From contig NIVC01001652.1 in the NCBI GenBank assembly GCA_002269645.1, positions 120,924-184,923 of the forward strand: a DNA stretch of 64,000 nt, given 5' to 3'. Below are positions 1 to 13,186 of the stretch, in pieces. The stretch is from Macrostomum lignano (taxonomy: Eukaryota). The number at the start of each line of letters is the position of its first letter. The stretch's first letter is position 1. The notes beneath the pieces were generated by a model that was not told the origin of the DNA, did no database searches, and saw nothing but the letters and a program-made list of their open reading frames with translations. The translations under genes were made by a program, and so were the position numbers.

Positions 1-620
1 GATGATTTTGAGATTACGGGATGATTTTGAGATCATGGGATGATTTTGAGATCATGGGATGATTTTGAGATTACGGGATGATTATTTTGAGATTACGGGA
101 TGATTTTGAGATTACGGGATGATTATTTTGAGATCACGGGATGATTTTGAGATTACGGGATGATTATTTTGAGATCATGGGATGATTTTGAGATTACGGG
201 ATGATTATTTTGAGATCACGGGATGATTTTGAGATTACGGGATGATTATTTTGAGATCACGGGATGATTTTGAGATAACGGGATGATTTTGAGATAACGG
301 GATGATTTTGAGATTACGGGATGACTTTGAGATCAAGGAATGATTTTGAGATTACGGGATGATTATTTTGAGATCATGGGATGATTTTGAGATCATGGGA
401 TGATTTTGAGATTACGGGATGATTATTTTGAGATCACGGGATGATTTTGAGATCAAGGAATGATTTTGAGATTACGGGATGATTATTTTGAGATCACGGG
501 ATGATTTTGAGATCAAGGAATGATTTTGAGATTACGGGATGATTATTTTGAGATCACGGGATGATTTTGAGATCACGGGATGATTTTGAGATCGCGGGAT
601 GATTTTGAGATTACGGGATG
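1..620. repeat. Minisatellite, 20/23-bp unit GATGATT(ATT)TTGAGATTACGG
   Basis: Direct tandem periodicity; runs off the left edge. Confidence 0.95.
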
Positions 621-788
621 ATTGAGTACCATGGTCTAAAAATCACGGGATTGATTGAGAGATTAGACTCATTAGAGGCTGGCTTTGAAATTTAGGCAAA
701 TTTTGAGATTAGGGGAAAATTTGTACTGGGCGAATTTTTTTTTTTTTGGTTCAGTGACTCTGACAGTAGGTGGCGGTTCTTTTCTCAC

Positions 789-866
789 CTTAGTTAAAAT
801 GGTGGAATTGCAGGCCTTCAAAGACTCCATCATGTGCAGTAAGTGACCGTTGACAATATCGGCCAG
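789..866 (-). CDS. unc79: unc-79 exon LADIVNGHLLHMMESLKACNSTILTK
   Basis: CCACAG acceptor, AAG|GTGAGA donor, 78 nt, phase 0/0; matches UNC79 C-terminal ..LMEALQECNSTIFVK; missed by the ORF track. Confidence 0.9.
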
Positions 867-1280
867 CTGTGGACAGGTGAGGACAGGTGAGAGGGTAAAC
901 TGGGGTGAAGCAGATAGTCTAATACCATGAAAGGTTTTTTATAGCTTATTCAAAAATTGAACCAGCTAACCGTCTGCCGGCTAGCATTTTAAATAGCTCG
1001 TTGTCTGCTCTATAAGAGAAAGTGCAACATGATCTGCAAACTGATGCTTTTATAAGTAGGACCCTGAATACAGGTGCTTCGTATGGCTGCTTCCGAAAAC
1101 TTATGGATTTGCAGAAAAGTCGTCCAGTAAAAGCAATGTGTTTTGAATAATTCATTTGTATTCGTCGCCTCTTAAGTTAAGACTACTTCAAGTATAAGCG
1201 GCCAAAAAACAGTCGGAAGGAGCCACGTTATATATTTCGTTATCAGGACAGGAATTATGTACACTATTGATTCAGCTGAC

Positions 1281-1592
1281 AATGTACATCCACTGAAACC
1301 CTCTAATGAATTACGGGGTAGAGAAGGGACAGTTGTGGATGGAATAGCGGCAAAGATAAGCCAAATGAACTGAGTTGGCTGGAGGCACGTGACACGCTCT
1401 GCCCCCAGTGCAGGAAGAATGTACATTAAAGTCAATGTACATCCACTGAACCACTCTAATGAATTACGGGGTAGAGAAGGGACAGGGGTGGATGGAATAG
1501 CGGCAAAGATAAGCCAAATGAACTGAGTTGGCTGCAGGCACGTGACACGCTCTGCCCCCAGTGCAGGAAGAATGTACATTAAAGACAATGTA
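1281..1592. repeat. Two-copy direct duplication, about 153-bp unit
   Basis: AATGTACATCCACTGAA..CAGGAAGAATGTACATTAAAG starts at 1281 and 1434. Confidence 0.9.
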
Positions 1593-2379
1593 CGTACATC
1601 GGCAGCTAAACCCCCTCTGAACCCTCTATCTAAATAGGGGTAGAGAAGTGGCTGGGGTTGCGTGGCGTTGATTGACCAATAAAAATTCAGAAGAAAAAAG
1701 TGCCAATACAAATAACAGGAGCAGCAAAGCATCACACAGGCCAGACGTGATGCCCAATTTTTCACTCTGTGACTTTGCAGTAAAAAGTACGGGGGTAATT
1801 GCCCTTAACAGTTCTCTACTATTAGTAGCAGCCTATGTGCTGTGTGACCAAAATATATTCTAGGCGGTGCAGGCGGTGGTGTCACAAAACTCAAGGATGT
1901 CAATACGAGTAGATTGTCTTTAAAAAACTCATTTAAAATAGGCAGCAGGGACTACTTGAAGTAGCTAATTAGCAAATCTGCAGGAGGGGCACAGCGCTGG
2001 CGCGGTGTCAAATAAATAATCTTCAGTGTTGCAAAAACTGCAGAGTAAAAAAATCTTTATGCAGGGTTCAAGCTAGCTATGTGTCGAGAGGAAGTGAGGA
2101 ACTGCTTATGCTGAAGGTCAATTGCATTGAAAAGCTATAAAAAACTTTGAATGAGATGAAACAATTAGAGATTAAAACTAAACTCAACCTTAAAATGGCT
2201 AGTTCAAAAATTCAAATTAGCTAAAAGCACTAAAGTGCATATAAAGTCCCGACAAAAATGCTAGCTCAAAGCAAAAAATTCAGGCAATCGTCTGAACAAA
2301 TTGGAATGAAAGTAAACGCTTTAGAAAATTACTAAACTAGACAAGCTTTCCTATTGGTAAGGGAATGGTGTAAGAGTAG

Positions 2380-2600
2380 ATAGTCTGAGAATAGACTGTC
2401 CGAGAGTAGACTATGAGAGTAGAGAGTAGACTATGAAATTAGACTGCTTGAGAGTATAGTGCTTGAGAGTAGACTATGAGAGTAGACTGTCTCAGAGAAG
2501 ACTATGAGAGTAGACTGGGTGAGAGAAGACTATGAGAGTAGATTATGAGAGTAGACTGTGAGAGTAGACTATGAGAGTAGACTATGAGAGTAGACTATGT
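2380..2600. repeat. Degenerate 13-bp repeat GAGAGTAGACTAT
   Basis: Visible periodicity. Confidence 0.85.
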
Positions 2601-3344
2601 GAGTTTACTGTAGATTGATCTGAAGGTGAACACACAGGTGCACGGAGCAGGTGTGCAGGAATGGCTGGCCAGTCTACCTGCCAGTCAGTGGAGGTGGGAT
2701 TAGGGATCAGTGCCGAGATCTGAGGTGCCTAATCAACAATGTGCTCAATTTCTACAGTTGCTGAGGAACAACTCATGAATTGCGGTTAGTTGGTGTTGTG
2801 GCGCAGCTGCTTTTGAGCTGAGCACAGCGGCAAAAGTTCACTCTAAATAGCTATCATTAATTTCGGTTACAAACCTCCTTGAGCGAGCGGCTCTTTGGCT
2901 GCAGTCGGATTTGTGATGCAAAACGGATTATTAGTTACGGTGCGAGCTCAACGGAGCAAAACAACTCATTAGAAGACGTACTTTTATCTAATAAAACAAA
3001 AACTACAAATGCTGCGATTTCAAACGCAATCAGTCAGTTGCTGTGCTGAATTTTTAGCAAATAGCAACCGAATTCTTTAGTAGCTTTGATGTTAAATAAT
3101 AAAAACCAAAAACCAAAATAAAGCAACTTGGTCAGTCGGCGAACGCAAAGCAAAAACCGGGCGGTGACAAAAGCAACCACGTGACTGTGAGAGTTAAACG
3201 CAAATTACTGCAAGTTGCACAAACGTGAATCTGCCGTTCTCTAGCAAAGAAAAATGCAAGGAAACAGAAGACAATAAGAAAAAACTGAATTGCAAGCGCC
3301 TCGTGATTTTCTGACTTTGGCTAAGCAGTTTTCGGGATAAACCA

Positions 3345-4245
3345 ACCACTAGGGTGTTCAAAGGCCATGGATAACTAATCCTTAGGGTGTTCAAAGGCTA
3401 TGGATAACTAATCCTTAGGGTTTTCAAAGGCCATGGATAACTAATCCTTAGGGTGTTCAAAGGCTATGGATAACTAATCCTTAGGGTTTTCAAAGGCCAT
3501 GGATAACTAATCCTTAGGGTGTTCAAAGGCCATGGATAACTAATCCTAGGGTGTTCGAAAGCCATGGACTACTAATCCTAGGGTTTTATAGGCCATGGAT
3601 AACTAATCCATAGGGTGTTCAAAGACCATGGATTACTAATCCCTAGGGTTTTATAGGCCATGGATAACTAATCCATAGGGTGTTCAAAGACCATGGATTA
3701 CTAATCCCTAGGGTTTTCAAAGGCCATGGATAACTAATCCATAGGGTGTTCAAAGACCATGGATTACTAATCCCTAGGGTTTTCAAAGGCCATGGATAAC
3801 TAATCCTTAGGGTGTTCAAAGACCATGGATTACTAATCCCTAGGGTTTTCAAAGGCCATGGATAACTAATCCTTAGGGTGTTCAAAGGCCATGGATAACT
3901 AATCCCTAGGGTGTTCGAAAGCCATGGACTACTAATCCCTAGGGTTTTATAGGCCATGGATAACTAATCCATAGGGTGTTCAAAGACCATGGATTACTAA
4001 TCCCTAGGGTTTTATAGGCCATGGATAACTAATCCATAGGGTGTTCAAAGACCATGGATTACTAATCCCTAGGGTTTTATAGGCCATGGATAACTAATCC
4101 ATAGGGTGTTCAAAGACCATGGATTACTAATCCCTAGGGTTTTATAGGCCATGGATAACTAATCCATAGGGTGTTCAAAGGCCATGGATAACTAATCCTT
4201 AGGGTGTTCAAAGGCCATGGATAACTAATCCATAGGGTGTTCAAA
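3345..4245. repeat. 33-bp minisatellite AGGGTGTTCAAAGGCCATGGATAACTAATCCTT, alternating variants give a ~66-bp higher-order unit
   Basis: Periodicity; 11-aa and 22-aa periodic spurious ORFs. Confidence 0.95.
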
Positions 4246-4526
4246 GGCCATGGGCAACGAATCCCAATGCAAATTCCAGTTATAGACAACCTCAAACCGG
4301 ATGTACTGAGAACAAGCCGCGGAACCGACTGGTTTAGAAACCTTAAACCCGTGATCTCACTAACAGAAGTTAGAAGCTCATTAATTTTTTTTAAATGAGA
4401 GAAATTATAAATCGCCAGCAAGAGACACAAAACCTCAATAGACGTCGCTCACACGTCAATAAAGCATCTCTTTAATGATAAAAAACTGACCAAAATCCCG
4501 GGACCCATCTTCTGAAAATTTCTCAC

Positions 4527-4694
4527 CCCTTTGGCGTGCGACAGGAGCTGCAGAATGCCGGGCGTCACGCGGCCCCAGAAGTCCATAATCCGCTGTCTGG
4601 CGTCGTTCGTCTGCGACGCGTCGTCAATACCGACCTCGCAGTACATGGTCCACAGGCTGCACAGGTGGAAGGCGAAGTTCAGAGCGGACATCTG
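4527..4694 (-). CDS. unc79: unc-79 exon QMSALNFAFHLCSLWTMYCE..DFWGRVTPGILQLLSHAKG
   Basis: TGCAG|CAG acceptor, GGG|GTGAGA donor, 168 nt; matches ..LWTVYCE..EFWSRVTPSILQL. Confidence 0.93.
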
Positions 4695-4859
4695 CTGCAC
4701 AGAGCCCTGGACAAGGGGGAAGACGGGCAGGGGAGGGGGCGGGAGCGATTGGTGAAACCCGCGCGAACTCGAGTTGCGCTTTGTGATTTAAAGTTGCGCC
4801 TTTGATCCGCTAGCCAATCAGTGAGATTAATTGAGACGAAATAGTGGTAGAAGTGAGTG

Positions 4860-5655
4860 GTGAGAAATGGGGTGGTGAGGAGCGGGGTAAGGAGTGGGGT
4901 GGTGAGGAGTGGAGTGGGGTGGGTGAGGAGTGGAGTGGGGTGGGTGAGCATTAGAGTGGGTGAGGTGTGGGGTAAGGAGTGTGGTGGTGAGGTGTGGGGT
5001 AAGGAGTAAGGTGGTGAGGTGTGGGGTAAGGAGTAAGGTGGTGAGGTGTGGGGTAAGGAGTGGGGTGGTGAGGTGTGGGGTAAGGAGTGGGGTGGTGAGG
5101 TGTGGGGTAAGGAGTGTGTTGGTGAGGTGTGGGGTAAGGAGTGGGGTGGTGAGATGTGGGGTAAGTAGTGGGGTGGTGGGGTGTGGGGTAAGGAGTGGGG
5201 TGGTGAGGTGTGGGGTAAGGAGTGGGGTGGTGAGGTGTGGAGTAAGGAGTGTGTTGGTGAGGTGTGGGGTAAGGAGTGTGTTGGTGAGGTGTGGGGTAAG
5301 GAGTGGGGTGGTGAGGTGTGGGGTAAGGAGTGTGTTGGTGAGGTGTGGGGTAAGGAGTGTGTTGGTGAGGTGTGGGGTAAGGAGTGGGGTGGTGAGGTGT
5401 GGGGTAAGGAGTGGGGTGGTGAGGTGTGGAGTAAGGAGTGTGTTGGTGAGGTGTGGAGTAAGGAGTGTGTTGGTGAGGTGTGGGGTAAGGAGTGTGTTGG
5501 TGAGGTGTGGGGTAAGGAGTGGGGTGGTGAGATGTGGGGTAAGTAGTGGGGTGGTGGGGTGTGGGGTAAGGAGTGGGGTGGTGAGGCGTGGGGTAAGGAG
5601 TGAGGGGTAAGGAGTGGGGTGGTGAGGTGTGGGGTAAGGAGTGGGGTGGTGAGTA
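4860..5655. repeat. 27-bp G-rich minisatellite GTGAGGTGTGGGGTAAGGAGTGGGGTG
   Basis: Periodicity; 9-aa periodic ORFs. Confidence 0.95.
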
Positions 5656-6244
5656 GCGAGAATCAAAGCGGAAAGATCGCCAAAAACCAATAGACATAAA
5701 TGTCAGTGACTAATAATAACCCGTAAGCGATTAAAATCAGTTTTACACGTAAATCAATACTCTGGAATAAATTCCCCGAATACCAAATTACAAAAAAACG
5801 ATTTGTGCCGCGTTCACCGGTATGCGGGTGATAATAATTTTAAGCACCTTCAAATTTGGGTTAATCTTAAAACCTGCCCCTGTTACTCGTGATCTGGATA
5901 GCTCAGCACAACGGTATGAAAGAGAGACTAAGAGACGAGATTAGACAAGAAGCGGGTTTATGCGGCGGATCAAGTTATATAATTGGCCGAATTTTAGCCC
6001 GCTTAAGGCTAGCACATCAGTTAATTTAGCGCGGTTTTTGAAATCATCTTTAACAAGCGCAGAATGACTAGAAACTACGAACCAACAGTGACTTAATTTG
6101 CTACGAAAGATGCGGTTAGCATTGCTAACCAATCTATAGACACGGCTCTAGGGTTACTTTAGTTTAAAGTGTCTAAGAACGGCTCTAAAATTGATTGCAA
6201 TCAAAATTTAAGGCAAAGCGACTATCCAATTTCTAATTAAGCGA

Positions 6245-7610
6245 ATGTACACTGTGGTGGGGTTGAATTGGATGTACACTGGGCTGGGGTTGAATTGGGT
6301 GTACACTGGGGTGGGGTTGAATTGGGTGTACACTGGGTTGGGGTTGAATTGGGTGTACACTGGGCTGGGGTTGAATTGGATGTACACTGGGCTGGGGTTG
6401 AATTGAGTGTACACTCGGCTGGAGTTTAATTGGGTGTACACTTGGCTGGGGTTGAATTGGGTGTACACTCGGCTGGAGTTTAATTGGGTGTACACTTGGC
6501 TGGGGTTGAACTGGGTGTACACTGGGCTGGGGTTGAATTGGGTGTACACTGGGCTGGGGTTGAACTGGGTGTACACTTGGCTGGGGTTGAATTGGGTGTA
6601 CACTGGGCTGGGGTTGAATTGGGCGTACACTCGGCTGGAGTTTAATTGGGTGTACACTGGGCTGGGGTTGAATTGGGTGTACACTGGGCTGGGGTTGAAT
6701 TGGGTGTACACTGGGCTGGGGTTGAATTGGGTGTACACTGGGCTGGGGTTGAACTGGGTGTACACTTGGCTGGGGTTGAATTGGGTGTACACTGGGCTGG
6801 GGTTGAATTGGGCGTACACTCGGCTGGAGTTTAATTGGGTGTACACTGGGCTGGGGTTGAATTGGGTGTACACTTGGCTGGGGTTGAATTGGGTGTACAC
6901 TGGGCTGGGGTTGAATTGGGTGTACACTGGGTTGGGGTTGAATTGGGTGTACACTTGGCTGGGGTTGAATTGGGTGTACACTCGGCTGGAGTTTAATTGG
7001 GTGTACACTGGGCTGGGGTTGAATTGGGTGTACACTGGGGTGGGGTTGAATTGGGTGTACACTTGGCTGGGGTTGAATTGGGTGTACACTGTGGTGGGGT
7101 TGAATTGGGTGTACACTCGGCTGGAGTTTAATTGGGTGTACACTGGGGTGGGGTTGAATTGGGTGTACACTGGGCTGGAGTTGAATTGGGTGTACACTGG
7201 GGTGGGGTTGAATTGGGTGTACACTGGGCTGGAGTTTAATTGGGTGTACACTGGGGTGGGGTTGAATTGGGTGTACAATGGGCTGGGGTTGAATTGGGTG
7301 TACACTGGGGTGGGGTTGAATTGGGTGTACACTGGGGTGGGGTTGAATTGGGTGTACACTGTGGTGGGGTTGAATTGGGTGTACACTGGGGTGGGGTTGA
7401 ATTGGGTGTACACTGGGGTGGGGTTGAATTGGGTGTACACTGGGGTGGGGTTGAATTGGGTGTACACTGTGGTGGGGTTGAATTGGGTGTACACTTGGCT
7501 GGGGTTGAATTGGGTGTACACTCGGCTGGAGTTTAATTGGGTGTACACTGGGGTTGAATTGGGTGTACACTGGGGTGGGGTTGAATTGGGTGTACACTCG
7601 ATGTGACTAA
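6245..7610. repeat. 27-bp minisatellite TGTACACTGGGCTGGGGTTGAATTGGG, about 50 copies
   Basis: Periodicity; 9-aa periodic ORFs on both strands. Confidence 0.97.
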
Positions 7611-8252
7611 AGTGTACACTCGGGATGATTAGAGTGTACTCTGGAGTGAAGTTCGATTACTTTTTTGGTTGAAGTTCAACTCCAAAGCAGCATTACACCA
7701 AATTATTATGACAAACTATCACTATATAAAACACTAATAAGGCCGGTGATTTTCAATCAGTGACCCACGGATCAACACGCAGAATGGAAAATTGAATATA
7801 AAGAATTAGCCTTACAAGCAGGCTAAAATCGTTATACCGCCGGATAACCTACACAATTGGAGATGGTCGCGAGAGAGCGGTGCCAGCGCTGGCTTCAATA
7901 TAAGAAAATTTTCAACGACCGCGTAAAAAGCAAAAATAAAATTACCAGAAATAAATCAAACTACCACGAATAAAAACCTTTTCTACTTATTAAGCGATTG
8001 TTGTTAAAAAAACTAAAATGAAATAAACGAAATCGGACAGAAACGAGAAATATAGATATGGTTATATAATAACTCATTTGAACGAAAAGTGGCGCAGTTT
8101 AAGTTATTGAAGAATTAGTTTTTCTGACAAAATTAATTAGATTATTAAAACACAGATGCTAAAATAACTGGATAGGTTAAATTCGCAATAATAATTTTCT
8201 TCTATTTCTTTCAATTCAGTAGCGAGTAAAAAATAGCAAGAAAGAAATTCTT

Positions 8253-8805
8253 AAAGTGGCTGCACAGACTGGAGTGCTAGAATGAATCACGTGACCCAGT
8301 GAAGAACTTATCAAATTAATTCATTACCCCCTCATAAAGTGGCTGCACAGACTGGAGTGCCAGAATGAATCACGTGACCCAGTAAAGAACTTATCAAATG
8401 AATTCATTACCCCCTCATAAAGTGGCTGCACAGACTGGAGTGCTAGAATGAATCACGTGACCCAGTGAAGAACTTATCAAATTAATTCATTACCCCCTCA
8501 TAAAGTGGCTGCACAGACTGGAGTGCCAGAATGAATCACGTGACCCAGTAAAGAACTTATCAAATGAATTCATTACCCCTCATAAAGTGGCTGCACAGAC
8601 TGGAGTGCCAGAATGAATCACGTGACCCAGTAAAGAACTTATCAAATGAATTCATTACCCCCTCATAAAGTGGCTGCACAGACTGGAGTGCTAGAATGAA
8701 TCACGTGACCCAGTAAAGAACTTATCAAATGAATTCATTACCCCCTCATAAAGTGGCTGCACAGACTGGAGTGCCAGGATGAATCACGTGACCCAGTAAA
8801 GAAAT
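8253..8805. repeat. 83-bp tandem repeat, about 6.6 copies, one CACGTG per unit
   Basis: AAAGTGGCTGCACAG starts at 8253, 8336, 8419 and onward. Confidence 0.95.
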
Positions 8806-9926
8806 ACAGTTATCAGTGCCGGAATAATGTACACTTGCTGACAAGGCAGACGGTGTACATGGTGACTTAACCCCTCCCAGAGAAGCGGCAAGATAATAAG
8901 AGCGTTATAAGAAATTTATAAGAAAATGATACTACTGAATCAAAAGTAGCCTAATAGCATATAAACGGAGTAAGCTATACAGTCTATACCCGTATCCAGG
9001 TATTTTAGCATCTGCAGTCAGAGTGTGAGAATTATAATAATAGATAAACTTAATCAGAAAGAAGACACAAACGGTGAGAAGTAATTTTCTGACGAATGAA
9101 GTTCTAATAAATAGGCACACGTTTCAGGTGTTAAAAACCGAAGAACTAAAATAAATAAAAAATTTAAACGGAAAAGGCAGCTGCGGCAGCGCACAATGTT
9201 ATTGGCGAGGGACTTGTCCTTCTTGCTAGAGTGGTGATGGTTGGGCAGGTGCGGGCTGTGGCTGTGCGCCAGGTGGATCTAAAAAAACGCACAGCAACAG
9301 CGGCGGATTCGGTCGGGGGGACAATGCAATTAACGGTGAGCGAGGATGCGAAGGTGTCAGGCTGATCTACAGCTGGATTATTTGGCTACTCATTGCTCAG
9401 CAACAACAGTTGTTCCGCGGGCAACTCTCGCAAATTGAGGCAACAGTCACACGCAGCCAGCGTGAAGGCAAGCAGCCTGAGGGTGCACAGCGGCCCCGAC
9501 TTCCTCCTAGTCGTCAGGCATGTACACCCTCTGTGCCTTGGGGGGGGGCTGGCACGAATCGGCAAAAATTGCATGTCAAGCTACAAATTGACGTGGCCAA
9601 ACACGGGAGACGAACCCTGAACAGGATTTACCCGCTGCTGAGCAGATGAGTAGCGGCTCAAGGACGGCACGGAAATTTTTAATAAAGACAATTAATAAAT
9701 ATAAAAGCTATTTTATTCAATGCAAAAACTAGCATTCGAGATGGGAAAGCAAAATAAAATTTAATTAACAGCATTGTGGCTAATTAAAGAGTAAAATTAT
9801 AACATTATATACATGTACGGGGCAAAGTTGTAGGTTTTTTGCACATTTGTTAAATTTCTATAAATTAAATCTTGCCAATGAAAAATTGAGGGCGAAAATT
9901 AGAACACAACCAGCAATTGAAAATTC

Positions 9927-11531
9927 TACCGGATGGGATACCGGATGGGACACCGGATGGGATACCGGATGGGATACCGGATGGGATACCGGATGGGATA
10001 CCGGATGGGATACCGGATGGGATACCGGATGGGATACCGGATGGGATACCGGATGGGATACCGGATGGGATACCGGATGGGATACCGGATGGGATACCGG
10101 ATGGGATACCGGATGGGATACCGGATGGGATACCGGATGGGATACCGGATGGGATACCGGATGGGATACCGGATGGGATACCGGATGGGATACCGGATGG
10201 GATACCGGATGGGATACCGGATGGGATACCGGATGGAATACCGGATGGGATACCGGATGGGATACCGGATGGGATACCGGATGGGATACCGGATGGGATA
10301 CCGGATGGGATACCGGATGGGATACCGGATGGGATACCGGATGGGATACCGGATGGGATACCGGATGGGATACCGGATGGGATACCGGATGGGATACCGG
10401 ATGGGATACCGGATGGGATACCGGATGGGATACCGGATGGGATACCGGATGGGATACCGGATGGGATACCGGATGGGATACCGGATGGGATACCGGATGG
10501 GATACCGGATGGGATACCGGATGGGATACCGGATGGGATACCGGATGGGATACCGGATGGGATACCGGATGGGATACCGGATGGGATACCGGATGGGATA
10601 CCGGATGGGATACCGGATGGGATACCGGATGGGATACCGGATGGGATACCGGATGGGATACCGGATGGGATACCGGATGGGATACCGGATGGGATACCGG
10701 ATGGGATACCGGATGGGATACCGGATGGGATACCGGATGGGATACCGGATGGGATACCGGATGGGATACCGGATGGGATACCGGATGGGATACCGGATGG
10801 GATACCGGATGGGATACCGGATGGGATACCGGATGGGATACCGGATGGGATACCGGATGGGATACCGGATGGGATACCGGATGGGATACCGGATGGGATA
10901 CCGGATGGGATACCGGATGGGATACCGGATGGGATACCGGATGGGATACCGGATGGGATACCGGATGGGATACCGGATGGATACCGGATGGATACCGGAT
11001 GGGATACCGGATGGGATACCGGATGGGATACCGGATGGGATACCGGATGGGATACCGGATGGGATACCGGATGGGATACCGGATGGGATACCGGATGGGA
11101 TACCGGATGGGATACCGGATGGGATACCGGATGGGATACCGGATGGGATACCGGATGGGATACCGGATGGGATACCGGATGGGATACCGGATGGGATACC
11201 GGATGGGATACCGGATGGGATACCGGATGGGATACCGGATGGATACCGGATGGGATACCGGATGATACCGGATGGGATACCGGATGGGATACCGGATGGG
11301 ATACCGGATGGGATACCGGATGGGATACCGGATGGGATACCGGATGGGATACCGGATGGGATACCGGATGGGATACCGGATGGGATACCGGATGGGATAC
11401 CGGATGGGATACCGGATGGGATACCGGATGGGATACCGGATGGGATACCGGATGGGATACCGGATGGGATACCGGATGGGATACCGGATGGGATACCGGA
11501 TGGGATACCGATGGGATACCGGATGGGATAC
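9927..11531. repeat. Homogeneous 12-bp array ACCGGATGGGAT, about 133 copies
   Basis: Near-perfect periodicity with a few shortened units. Confidence 0.98.
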
Positions 11532-11949
11532 AGAATCATCCCAATCGTTTGCTTCTTCAGCTGATTCCCAGTACAGGTACACGTACCTCGGAAAAGGTGA
11601 ACAAAAATATCCTCAAAGGTGCGCCTTCATAGTAAAACGACAGCAGGTGAAATAAAGGAACAGTGCCAAAGGAGGCTACTGGAGTTCTATTGGGAGTGGC
11701 AATCTGCAGAAAGCAAACACAGTTCTGTGGTTTCGCTAAAATTAATTTATGAAATAAGTTTTGTACAAAATAATTTATCACACTTCTCTACATACTTGTA
11801 TTAAAATTCGATTGTGGGATAAACTTCCCACACAAAGGGGGTAGTCAGGAGGAAGAGGACTACAGGGGAAGGCAGCTGCATGCGGAAACATCCGATGTTT
11901 GAAAATACTGAAGTTTTAGGGCATCAAAAGAAGCGAGCCCGGGACTCAC

Positions 11950-12166
11950 GTGGGTGCTGCCTTTAGAGTGCTCAGCGTAGCCTGTCATGATCACCATGAC
12001 GTGCTCAGCCACGTAGGTGCTGGCGTCCAGCGGGATTGGCTGGCAGAGGCTGCCGCCGGAGTCGCTGGAATCGTTGGCGGCCGTCACCGCCGTGTGCATC
12101 ATGGCGCCGATGAGCAGCCAGGAGAGCAGGCGGATGTGCTCAAGACATTCCAGGAATTCGCGCGGC
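11950..12166 (-). CDS. unc79: unc-79 exon (G)PREFLECLEHIRLLSWLLIGAM..CQPIP..YAEHSKGSTH
   Basis: CCCCAG acceptor, CAC|GTGAGT donor, 217 nt, phase 2/0; matches PKEFIECVSHIRLLSWLL. Confidence 0.95.
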
Positions 12167-13186
12167 CTGGGGGTTGGCGGTGATTGGTGGGCGGTGATTG
12201 TGTAGAGGTTTATAGAATGCTACTGTAAGTAGAACAATGCACACATGCGCAGCAAAACTTAAACTATTAATCATGTTACTATTTATAACGAGAGAATGAA
12301 TCATGTTACTATTTATAACGAAAATATGAGTCATGTTACTATTTATGGCTCGCAAAAATTGCGTATAAATACGAGTGAAAAATCCGAACTGAAACCTCAG
12401 ACTCGGAGCCGCCTCGAAGGATCTTGAGCTTGCTTGAGCAGCTAAACGAGGCTAAATCTCTGAGGGAAATAAATACCGTTCGGTAAGCCTTTGTTCGAGT
12501 CTTGATTATTGAGAGCTGTGTTATTGCCGGCCGTTACTGGTCAGTTGAATTACTGTGTTTATTGAATTTGAGGCCTCCCTATTCCTAAGGGATTGAATAG
12601 GATCTGCGGACCGATTCCGATACTCTTAGAGGATTAGTGATTTGATTCATTTTGATACCCTAGAGTAACCGATAGGGGCACAAGACTCTGATTCCGTTAT
12701 TTCTAGAAGAAGACGCCCTTTCTGGAGGACCTCGTTATTGTTATAGAGTTGACTTTGATATTAGGGCGCATCTCTGATTTCTGCACTCGAGGAATGCTTC
12801 GACGTCGACGGACTCCATTGTTACGCTCTGATATTCGGCCGATTTTAGAATTCAAGAAGACTACTCCGGAGGAAGAAGCCTTGAAGAAACGAGCTCGGAG
12901 AACCTGCCCGACAAAGAAGAGGAGCCCGCACCAGTAAGTGATCACTGAATTTCGTTCCCAGACTTAAGGTCTGGGAGTGGGAGTTCGTGCGTTTAGGCAC
13001 TAGACTTAATTCTCTCTCTCTCCCTTCTCTTTCTCTCTCTCTTTCCCTCTCTCTGTAGTGTGCTAAAGCGAACTCTTCAATTGGTTGGCGGTGATTGGCT
13101 TCTGCTGTTTGGTTGTCGCCTAGCTCCTAGGAGTGAACTATTGCCAATCAGACAGCTAGGCGAGGCTGAAAGCGCTAATTGCTCAC

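Noticed and set aside
4827-7606. Long TTPLLTPHL, VYTQFNPSP and related ORFs
   Set aside because: 27-bp minisatellites; no splice or codon evidence
8253-8805. CRISPR-like appearance of the 83-bp array (also the 97-bp and 86-bp arrays)
   Set aside because: Whole units repeat with no unique spacers, there are no cas genes, and the context is a spliceosomal intron
9847-11632. Five 470-570 aa ORFs (TGWD, GIPD, GYRM, HPVS, RYPI repeats)
   Set aside because: They are translations of a stop-free 12-bp tandem repeat inside an unc-79 intron, open in all frames by construction
12400-13000. Possible transposon or nested-gene fragment (similar segments at 23300-23680, 27600-28050, 32850-33010 and 46560-46800)
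   Set aside because: Coding-like composition but only short ORFs and no recognisable RT, integrase or transposase motif; a repeat-library search is needed
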